Part shown: positions 1 to 6,590 of the stretch, piece by piece
Position numbering within the stretch: the stretch's first letter is position 1
Layout of the letters: every line of letters starts with the position of its first letter
Source: a virus
Taxonomy: Duplodnaviria; Heunggongvirae; Uroviricota; Caudoviricetes
IMG/VR virus record: IMGVR_UViG_3300013232_000486
Length of the DNA stretch: 64,000 bases
Strand: one strand, 5' to 3'
Program-made: the position numbers and the translations under genes
The notes under the pieces: generated by a model
Databases searched by the model: none
Told to the model about the DNA's origin: nothing
What the model saw: the letters and a program-made list of their open reading frames with translations, nothing else

Positions 1-96
1 GGACTTTGGAACGTTCCAGAGGACATCGTCATAAAGATTGGTCGCCAGATCATGGATCAGCTTGACAGGAATGCTGCCTTGAAACACGGTAGTTAA
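1..96 (+). CDS. 3' end of a CDS entering the window (GLWNVPEDIVIKIGRQIMDQLDRNAALKHGS*), possibly ASCH-like
   Basis: Frame open from base 1 to TAA at 94-96. The GLW motif resembles the C-terminal G-x-x-GLW of phage ASCH domains, but the fragment is too short to be sure. Confidence 0.45.
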   Translation, partial: GLWNVPEDIVIKIGRQIMDQLDRNAALKHGS

Positions 97-107
97 CGTG
101 GTAGTAT
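79..107 (+). promoter_or_regulatory. sigma70-type promoter for tmRNA
   Basis: TTGAAA (79-84), 17-bp spacer, TAGTAT (102-107) with extended -10 TG (99-100); 25 nt upstream of the mature tmRNA 5' end. Confidence 0.7.
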
Positions 108-132
108 GGATGTGTAGGGCTGTTTGACAAGT

Positions 133-502
133 GGGCGCGTAAAGGTTTCGACCGGGCAACGGACGGTTGAGGTCGCGTGTCGCGGTTGATCGGCAGGCCG
201 CGTTAAAAAGCTGATCAAGTCTCAACTGCGAAGAACGTAACTCGCATTGACTTCGCCCGCGAGGGCGCGGTCGCCATGGCTGCCTAACCATTGGCTAACC
301 CCGCTTTGACGGTGCTCAACGTCAAGGCAAGGCAAGCTGTAAATGAGCTGGGAGTTCTCGGGAAATCCGGGAGGACGGCGGGAAAGAACGCATGGCTGGC
401 TCGCTGAGCCACGTGGGCCAAGAATCACCAACTCAGCTACACACGTAGAAGCCCTTCCTGAAGGGCCTTGGGACAGGAGTTCGATTCTCCTCGCGTCCAC
501 CA
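133..502 (+). ncRNA. ssrA: tmRNA (transfer-messenger RNA), one-piece
   Basis: 5' GGGCGCG pairs with 3' CGCGTCC, including the G3:U alanine wobble; discriminator A and encoded CCA (499-502); D-loop GGTTTCGAC; T-arm AGGAG-TTCGATT-CTCCT; pseudoknot 1 (CGCGG 181-185 with CCGCG 198-202; TTGATCGGC 186-194 with GCTGATCAA 210-218); tag frame 228-287 encodes AKNVTRIDFAREGAVAMAA* ending in AA. Confidence 0.96.
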
Positions 503-510
503 TAACTACC

Positions 511-548
511 ATCACCTCCAAGGACTTGTACAAGTCCTTGGAGGTGAT
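511..548. terminator. Perfect 38-bp palindrome between convergent tmRNA and 552..746 gene; likely bidirectional terminator or processing hairpin
   Basis: ATCACCTCCAAGGACTTGT/ACAAGTCCTTGGAGGTGAT is exactly self-complementary. There is no clear U-tract on either side. Confidence 0.6.
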
Positions 549-551
549 ACG

Positions 552-746
552 TTAGTTCCATGGGGCAACGCGCTCCCGATACATATGCTCCAAGTGGTTG
601 ATTTTGCAGGCGATCTTGATTGCCCTACAAAGACACCCCTCTGATACCCGCAGTCTGCACAATTTCTTCAACAGCAAGATCACCCTCTGGATGTCACTAG
701 TGGACGCTGCATCCCAAATGAGTTCCTTGATCTCTTCTGGCTCCAT
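552..746 (-). CDS. small hypothetical protein (64 aa, MEPEEIKELIWDAAS...)
   Basis: ATG at 746 lies just downstream of the MTase stop (772) and the gene fills the gap to the palindrome. The longer 866 start would overlap the MTase. Confidence 0.6.
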   Translation of the reverse strand: MEPEEIKELIWDAASTSDIQRVILLLKKLCRLRVSEGCLCRAIKIACKINHLEHMYRERVAPWN

Positions 747-771
747 GTAATCTGATACCGAGGTACTAATA

Positions 772-1806
772 TCAGTCCTTGCGTTTTGTTTTGACAACCG
801 CCGTACCAAGCGCCGTCGAGCTGATGGCTTGCCCAATGGTCTTCGCCAAGCCGATCGGAACTGCATTGCCTATCTGTCTGTATTGCTCAGCCAGAGTTCC
901 ATAGAACAGCCAGTCGTCTGGGAACTGTTGTATCCTGGCGTACTCTTTGACGCTCAGTGGCCTGTCTTTGGTCGGATGACAGAATAGTGTGGATTTCTGA
1001 GTGGGAGAAGTCAACAAAGTAGGAGATGGCTCCGAATATGAAAGACGACGCAGATAACCAGTATTTCCACCTCCGACTGGCGTATGTTTCAACGCCTTCA
1101 CGGCGTCTTCGTCGCTCAAGTCCTTCCAGTTCCCTCCCTCGGGAATCTTTCCTAGCCAAACCCTTTTCTCTTCTGGAAACTCGGCGCATGGACCAGGATC
1201 TTCAATATCTGATATCGCAGAGGCAAGAGTCTTCCATCTGTAGGCTGGGTCCTGATGATGCTTGAAGTGTGTCGGCTTCGGAAGGAATATGTCCTCGCCG
1301 TCCCTTGATCCAATGACAAATAGCCGCTCTCTGAACTGAGGAACGCCGTAGTCCACGGCGTCCAACACGCCATGAACGACCTTGTAGCCCATCTCTCGGT
1401 ACCCATCCAAAACGTACTCCAGAATGGATCCTCCGTCGTTCAAGCGGGCCGACAATAAGCCCTTCACATTCTCAAAGACGAAAAACCTTGGACGAACTAT
1501 ATCAACCACCCTTCCGAACTCGAGCAGCAACACTCCTCTCGGGTCGTCGAACGCCTTTCGACGACCCGAGGTCGAGAAGGCTTGGCAAGGCGGTCCTCCA
1601 GCGACGAGGAAGCATTCTTTGTGAGAGTTGAGGATTGGTCGTCCAAGAATTGAAACGTCGATTATCAACGGAGTTTTTGGCCTGTTCAATCCGATGGTAG
1701 ATATGGACGTTCTGTCCCTTTCCACGCACAAGTCGCATGATAATCCGCTATGTTCCAGCCCGATATCGAGCCCCATCGCACCACTGAATAAAGAGATGTA
1801 TTTCAT
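772..1806 (-). CDS. dcm: DNA (cytosine-5)-methyltransferase, intact, M.SinI-like
   Basis: Motif I FSGAMG, IV GGPPCQ, VI FENVKG, VIII GVPQFRER, IX RPLSVKEYARIQQFP, X QIGNAVP. The TRD region GGGNTGYLRRL..PSPTLLT resembles the M.SinI family from memory. SD GGAG upstream. Confidence 0.95.
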   Translation of the reverse strand: MKYISLFSGAMGLDIGLEHSGLSCDLCVERDRTSISTIGLNRPKTPLIIDVSILGRPILNSHKECFLVAGGPPCQAFSTSGRRKAFDDPRGVLLLEFGRVVDIVRPRFFVFENVKGLLSARLNDGGSILEYVLDGYREMGYKVVHGVLDAVDYGVPQFRERLFVIGSRDGEDIFLPKPTHFKHHQDPAYRWKTLASAISDIEDPGPCAEFPEEKRVWLGKIPEGGNWKDLSDEDAVKALKHTPVGGGNTGYLRRLSYSEPSPTLLTSPTQKSTLFCHPTKDRPLSVKEYARIQQFPDDWLFYGTLAEQYRQIGNAVPIGLAKTIGQAISSTALGTAVVKTKRKD

Positions 1807-1824
1807 GCACGATTCTCCGTCAAG

Positions 1825-1860
1825 ATCTTATCGTCGACAGGTCCGATATCAAGGTAAAAT
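1825..1860. promoter_or_regulatory. overlapping divergent sigma70-like promoters (dcm on -, GT on +)
   Basis: Minus strand: TTGATA-16-TAAGAT (1852-1825). Plus strand: TAAAAT (1855-1860), 5 nt before ATG 1866. Confidence 0.45.
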
Positions 1861-1865
1861 AGTGA

Positions 1866-3053
1866 ATGAGAATCGTTATGCCAGCCATCCTGAGCCCTTC
1901 GGGGATCAGCAAGGCCACCAGGGAGTACTTCAAGCTTATCAGATGGATGGGCTTGCCCGTATCCACTCTCCTCGCAATGGACGAGCAACTTCCATTACTT
2001 GAAGAGAAAGTCACTGCCGACATGATTTCCGTCTCTGGCCCAATCCCTGATGGGGAGAAGTACGTCCAGCTCCATGTGGGGCCGCCCAACAATATGGGCA
2101 TGATGCCACGGGCCGACGCTGTTATAGCGATTTTTTTCTTTGAGGGCGCTCAACTGTCCCCCATGCAACTTGGGCCAGCCATGTCGGTTAAAATTGCTGG
2201 TGCTCCGTCTGGTTTCTGTCACACAGGTTTGCTAAGATCTGGAATCAAGCGTGTTAAGAGAATTCCAGTCCCTCTGGACGAAACGACATGGAACCCGTCG
2301 GTCAAGGCGTTGTTTCCAAATGAGGGCAAGTTCAGGTTTCTTTACATGAACTCAATCTACGAGCGCAAAGGACTTGACGTTCTTTTGCGTGCGTTCTGGC
2401 AAGAGTTTGGAGCGAACGAACCAGTCGAGTTGTTTGTGAAATCCTATCGCGAGAACGACAGGCCTCGATCCGCCGAAAGCTACATTGCCAGCATTGCCGT
2501 GAAGTACGGCTTGCGCCCCGAGGAAAGTGCTAAGGTAAACGTGATAGACGTCCCTATGCGCGATGATGATGTTCCTGGGTTTATGAAGTCGTTCGATGCT
2601 GTGGTTTCGACACATCGCAGCGAGGGTTTTGGACTTACTCCATTTTATGCCATGGCACTCGGAATCCCAGTAATCACCACAGACTATGGTGGCGTCACAG
2701 ACTTCTGCCAAGAAGACACCTCGTGGCTGGTCGAAGTCGGAGACATGGTTCATCCTGGAGAGGCCGAGGTCAATACCTTTGGTCATCTTCGCGGGTCCTT
2801 ATGGGCTGAGCCATCAATTGAATCTGTCAGGAAGGCTTTGCGCAACTGCTTCTGGGACGAAAGGGGAAGGCTTGAGCGAGCAGACAAGGGAAGGGCGCTA
2901 GTGGCTAAAAACCATTCCTATGGTCTGGTTGGCGGAATGCTCATGTCCGCGCTTGAAACGGCGCGGCCTGGGTTCTCCAAGGAGATTTCCATGGAGAAGA
3001 AGTTCGTAAACGAGAAGTACGAAGGGAAACCATTCGACATGCTTGAGTTATGA
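1866..3053 (+). CDS. glycosyltransferase, GT-B fold (GT4-like)
   Basis: SGISKATR N-terminal loop, ERKGLDVLLRAFWQEF, RSEGFGLTPFYAMALGIPVITTDYGG. The second Glu of the E-x7-E motif is replaced by Tyr. Confidence 0.9.
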   Translation: MRIVMPAILSPSGISKATREYFKLIRWMGLPVSTLLAMDEQLPLLEEKVTADMISVSGPIPDGEKYVQLHVGPPNNMGMMPRADAVIAIFFFEGAQLSPMQLGPAMSVKIAGAPSGFCHTGLLRSGIKRVKRIPVPLDETTWNPSVKALFPNEGKFRFLYMNSIYERKGLDVLLRAFWQEFGANEPVELFVKSYRENDRPRSAESYIASIAVKYGLRPEESAKVNVIDVPMRDDDVPGFMKSFDAVVSTHRSEGFGLTPFYAMALGIPVITTDYGGVTDFCQEDTSWLVEVGDMVHPGEAEVNTFGHLRGSLWAEPSIESVRKALRNCFWDERGRLERADKGRALVAKNHSYGLVGGMLMSALETARPGFSKEISMEKKFVNEKYEGKPFDMLEL

Positions 3054-3182
3054 CTTTTTAGGGTTTTTGACGCTTTCACAGACCATGCATTGTAGTTTGC
3101 CGTCAGGGAGTTTCTTGTGCGTGGTTGTTCTTCGACATCTCTCGTTTGTGCAATATATCGGAACGTATCGTCGGCTGTCCAT
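3048..3182 (-). CDS. 44-aa zinc-ribbon protein (MDSRRYVPIYCTNERCRRTTTHKKLPDGKLQCMVCESVKNPKKS), not in the ORF track
   Basis: Translated by hand. GGAGAGGGG SD upstream of ATG 3182; C-x4-C ... C-x2-C pattern; overlaps the tail of the 3103..4311 gene in another frame. Confidence 0.7.
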   Translation of the reverse strand: MDSRRYVPIYCTNERCRRTTTHKKLPDGKLQCMVCESVKNPKKS

Positions 3183-4311
3183 CTTGGACGCCCCTCTCCA
3201 GGAGTTGAACCATCTTCTTTCCGATGGTCACTGGGTTCAGGTTCCGACTGACGTCTTCCATCCCAGCCTTGGCTATCTGCTTTCTAGCGCCCTCACCGTA
3301 TACTACTTGACGCATCAGCTCGGCCAGATGCTCCCATGAATGCACCGACCATCTCAGACTCGCGAAGTTAGGGTACATACGCGACGTTTCTGGCCCGACC
3401 TTCTCGTCCCCCACATACTTTACGAGGAACGAGTTGTATGGGTTCATAAATTCTCTGTTGCCACCGACTTCGGGGCCAATGCAAGCCAGCCCGCAAGCCA
3501 TGGCCTCCGCGTACGGTATGCCGAAGCCTTCTCTGCTCATGCCCACGTAGCAATCCGCGCAGCGATACAAGCCAGCCATCTGGTTCTGTGGGACGTCATG
3601 TCCATATACCAGCATCCTGGGCGTGTTGGCGACCTTGCATTCTGCCTTGAACGCCTCGATTCGCCTCATGATGCTCTTGGTCGACTCGTCGGAGAAGTTC
3701 CCGAAATAGACCTTGAGGATCAGACAGACGTCCTCTTTCGGCGTGAAGGCAGACCAGTAAGCACGAAGAAGTCTCCTCCAGTCCTTGCGCTCCGTGAAGT
3801 CGAACACGCTGATGAAGTTGAACTTTGCCAGGTTCTTGATTGGCCATGGCGCGACCTGGTCATTGAACTTGGACAAGTCTATGGCATGCGGGAGGACTTC
3901 TATGGGCGTTTTGCATCCAGTGGCGACGAAGGCCGTTTTGGAATACGATGATCCAGTCCAGATGACGTCCATCAAGTGGCAACCTTCAATCCATCCCTTT
4001 GGAACGCCAGCCATCTCGAAGATCGTATACCCGATCTTCAGCTTGGCCCTCTGATCTGGATAGAACTGGTCGGGAACCTGATGCTGTACTGTTGGGCAAT
4101 CCCGCGAGACCGCCGTGTCCTTCATCCTCTCGTACAATGCCAACGTTTCGTCGTCTATGCCCTTGTGATAAAGATTAAGCGAGCGGCTCCTGTCTACGGC
4201 TTTCAGACGCAATCCAATGGCCTGGGCCGCTCTGAGGTACCCACGACCAGCGGATGAGTACCCAGAACAGTCCAGTAACGGGCCTAGCCACCTCAACTCG
4301 TGAACAGCCAC
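3103..4311 (-). CDS. glycosyltransferase, GT-B fold (GT4-like)
   Basis: SGYSSAGR, GYTIFE, ERKDWRRLLRAYWSAF, SREGFGIPYAEAMACG with intact E-x7-E. Confidence 0.92.
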   Translation of the reverse strand: MAVHELRWLGPLLDCSGYSSAGRGYLRAAQAIGLRLKAVDRSRSLNLYHKGIDDETLALYERMKDTAVSRDCPTVQHQVPDQFYPDQRAKLKIGYTIFEMAGVPKGWIEGCHLMDVIWTGSSYSKTAFVATGCKTPIEVLPHAIDLSKFNDQVAPWPIKNLAKFNFISVFDFTERKDWRRLLRAYWSAFTPKEDVCLILKVYFGNFSDESTKSIMRRIEAFKAECKVANTPRMLVYGHDVPQNQMAGLYRCADCYVGMSREGFGIPYAEAMACGLACIGPEVGGNREFMNPYNSFLVKYVGDEKVGPETSRMYPNFASLRWSVHSWEHLAELMRQVVYGEGARKQIAKAGMEDVSRNLNPVTIGKKMVQLLERGVQDGQPTIRSDILHKREMSKNNHAQETP

Positions 4312-5099
4312 TGCTTTACCTCCGTCATCAAGGCATGGGCTACTGGCGGGCAGATTCCGCTTGCCAAGAGCCGTATCGCCTTGTTCTTTGTAACGGGCAT
4401 GGAGAAGTAATCTGGAAACCCCATGATCCTCTTCGCTTCTTCAAGAGATAGCCTTCTTGGGCCATATCCCTGATCTATGAGAAAGGACGTTTTGTCACTC
4501 GCGTACCTCGGGCTGAACTCCAGTAGCCTGTCCTCTGGACGAACGATCCTTCCAGTGGAACGCCACCCACGAGCAAGGTTCTTCTTTCGTCTGCTTATAA
4601 TTCCAGAAAGGACGTCTGGCGGGATGACCAAGTCCTCTCTTCGTTCGTCGAGGAACGGTCCGATCGGCTGTTTGCCGCGAGTGATCTCTGGGAATGGGAA
4701 ATACGAGAAGAGGGGTTTGATGTCATTTCTGAATGCCACCACGTACTTGCGTAGCCTTCGTTGTGGAAGCCCGAACTCCTCTGCCCTGAGGACTTCTCGG
4801 TACTTCTTGTATCCATGCAGCCAAGGGGCCTCGGAACTTTCGATGCAAACCACTCTGGGCATCAACGTGAGCGTGGTTAGCTTGACCCATTGCGGCTTGT
4901 CATCATTGATGACTAAGACATCTGGATGTGCGAAGTCGACGAGATCCCTGGGTTCCGAGGCATTGGCCTCTGGGAAGTTCCTGTCGAAGACTTTGACGGC
5001 ATCTGGGTCGTCGTCCCATGAGGCCACGATGGCGCCGCCCGCTCGAATCGCGCCGAGAGCGAATCCACCAGCCCCACATTTTAGGCAACCAACCCTCAT
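4293..5099 (-). CDS. C5-methyltransferase-like protein lacking catalytic motifs (pseudo-enzyme)
   Basis: Retains a motif I-like CGAGGF, VIII FGLPQRRLR and IX RRLSLEEAKRIMGFPD. PC (motif IV) and ENV (motif VI) are absent and GN (motif X) is SG. Likely start MRVGCLKCG at 5099. Confidence 0.8.
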   Translation of the reverse strand: MRVGCLKCGAGGFALGAIRAGGAIVASWDDDPDAVKVFDRNFPEANASEPRDLVDFAHPDVLVINDDKPQWVKLTTLTLMPRVVCIESSEAPWLHGYKKYREVLRAEEFGLPQRRLRKYVVAFRNDIKPLFSYFPFPEITRGKQPIGPFLDERREDLVIPPDVLSGIISRRKKNLARGWRSTGRIVRPEDRLLEFSPRYASDKTSFLIDQGYGPRRLSLEEAKRIMGFPDYFSMPVTKNKAIRLLASGICPPVAHALMTEVKQWLFTS

Positions 5100-5129
5100 G
5101 CTGTATGATACCCCTAGGAGAGAATCGTC

Positions 5130-5819
5130 ATGATCAAGGATCTTCAATCAAAGTTCGCTGGATGCCTTAATGGAATGCTCGCAGCCGAGAGAAAAGTTGA
5201 CGCCAACATTCCCGCAACGTTGGAGGCCTTCGACGTCGCGAAGCTGATCGCGTCCAGTCAGACTCCAGAAGCCCTTATCGCGAAGATGCCTCCATCTGCA
5301 TGGACAAGGTCTTCGTCTGCGGCGGTCATTGGCCTTGTGTTCCATGATCGGTTCGGTGATGTGTTGGATTTTTGTAGGGTCGAAACCTTGTATTCCAGCC
5401 CGCCATCACAATGCGCGGCCCTTGGAGCATCACTTCTCGTGTCCAGCGCGTGCTTCGATGTTCCCATGGGAGTATGGTCCAACGAGATCGGCGGGATCAT
5501 CCGTGGAGTGGACAACTACTTCGTTTCCTTGATAAACGAGTCCACCGTCGCGTCCATGTCTGGAATCAGCGACTCGGACTTCTTCAAGGAAATGAACGCA
5601 AAGGCAGACCCGGACTCGGCCATAGTAGCGATGGCGCTCTTCGCATGTCTTCGCGGCAGAACATACGGTTTGGCAGTAGAATGCGCCAAGGCCGCTGGAT
5701 CACACGTGGCTTGCCTTACTGGGGCCGCCATGGGCGCAGCATATCCAGACAAGGTGGAGGAACGAGAGCCATCGGTCGCCGAAGTGTGCGAGATTTTGAT
5801 CGCACGAAGGAATTCATGA
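5130..5819 (+). CDS. ADP-ribosylglycohydrolase-fold protein, degenerate active site
   Basis: N-terminal SKFAGCLNGM and C-terminal VACLTGAAMGAAY match ARH/DraG helices. The GDA, TDD and DxD metal ligands are missing. SD AGGAG. Confidence 0.65.
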   Translation: MIKDLQSKFAGCLNGMLAAERKVDANIPATLEAFDVAKLIASSQTPEALIAKMPPSAWTRSSSAAVIGLVFHDRFGDVLDFCRVETLYSSPPSQCAALGASLLVSSACFDVPMGVWSNEIGGIIRGVDNYFVSLINESTVASMSGISDSDFFKEMNAKADPDSAIVAMALFACLRGRTYGLAVECAKAAGSHVACLTGAAMGAAYPDKVEEREPSVAEVCEILIARRNS

Positions 5820-5841
5820 ACAAAAAGTTTCGGATTTTACC

Positions 5842-5868
5842 TTGCTTTTTGTGAGGCAAGCGTATAAT
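5842..5868 (+). promoter_or_regulatory. sigma70-like promoter for the lipoprotein gene
   Basis: Perfect TATAAT at 5863-5868; TTGCTT at 5842-5847 with a short 15-bp spacer. Confidence 0.45.
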
Positions 5869-5928
5869 CAGACCGTGCGATGGAAGTGAGAGCAAACTCA
5901 CTGTTACCTTTGGAAAAGGAGAAGCAAG

Positions 5929-6453
5929 ATGCGTAATGTTCTTTCGTTGGGAGTGGTTGCTGCCGTTCTTCTACTGGCCCCTGGTTGCGGAGAAACGTCT
6001 GGCTCGGTTACGCCAGAACAGCAGATCGCGAAGACCGCTCAGTTGATCAACATGGGAGCGTCAAGCATGACGGCCATCGGCCTGGTTGCCGTCAAGGCCG
6101 AGGACGCCGACAAGGTCGCCACGATGCTTAAGGACGTTCTTGGAACCAGCGTTCTGCCAATTCTGAATGGAGACGAGGCTGGAATCGGCGCGGGTCTGGA
6201 AAAGATCTTGGCTCTTGAAGCTTTCAATGATCCCAAGCTTGCCAAGGCCAAGGCCATTCTTGAGACCGCCATTCCATTGCTGAAGTCGAAGCTGCCCAAG
6301 GACTTGCTTGACAAGGCCACGGGCAAGGTTCCTGCCGACGTTCTCGCCTACACGAAGGCATTCTTCACTGGCGTGAATGACGGCGTGAATGCCTATCTCG
6401 GATCGCGTGGCGAAGTGGACTACAAGAAGCTTCGCGAGACGTTGTCCAAGTAA
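5929..6453 (+). CDS. predicted lipoprotein, helical
   Basis: Signal peptide MRNVLSLGVVAAVLLLAPG-C with lipobox Cys20; strong SD AAGGAG; has its own promoter and terminator. Confidence 0.8.
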   Translation: MRNVLSLGVVAAVLLLAPGCGETSGSVTPEQQIAKTAQLINMGASSMTAIGLVAVKAEDADKVATMLKDVLGTSVLPILNGDEAGIGAGLEKILALEAFNDPKLAKAKAILETAIPLLKSKLPKDLLDKATGKVPADVLAYTKAFFTGVNDGVNAYLGSRGEVDYKKLRETLSK

Positions 6454-6484
6454 CATTCGGTCTGGCAGGCCAAATATTGGGGGG

Positions 6485-6516
6485 AAGCGCGGGAGCAATG
6501 GCTCCCGCGCTTTTTT
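6485..6516 (+). terminator. Rho-independent terminator
   Basis: AAGCGCGGGAGC-AATG-GCTCCCGCGC followed by TTTTTT. Confidence 0.9.
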
Positions 6517-6523
6517 ATAGGCC

Positions 6524-6550
6524 AAGGGAAGAACGGTATCATGGTAGAAT
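6524..6550 (+). promoter_or_regulatory. putative late promoter (AAGGR-N16-KMGAA, sigmaH-like) heading the structural operon
   Basis: AAGGG-16-TAGAAT; the same spacing occurs twice more at 61080-61134. Confidence 0.55.
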
Positions 6551-6590
6551 CAACAAGTGAACGTTTTCTCTTTGTTTTCTAGGATAAACC

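Noticed and set aside
470-510. tmRNA 3' end as a prophage attachment site
   Set aside because: There is no integrase next to it and I saw no duplicate of the 3' end in the window. It cannot be fully excluded without flanking sequence.
222-555. ORFs 222..533(-) and 343..555(+)
   Set aside because: They overlap the tmRNA and palindrome; these are typical spurious frames over a structured RNA.
772-4311. Known 5mC / TET-like oxidase / GT DNA hypermodification pathway
   Set aside because: No 2OG-Fe(II) oxygenase or hydroxymethylase is in the window, and these GT4 proteins resemble the GT4 next to the structural genes.
3340-5133. Long antisense ORFs 3340..3951 and 4477..5133 (and similar ones such as 8235..8951, 23869..24495, 50549..51163)
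   Set aside because: They are shadows of well-supported genes on the opposite strand and have no recognisable motifs.
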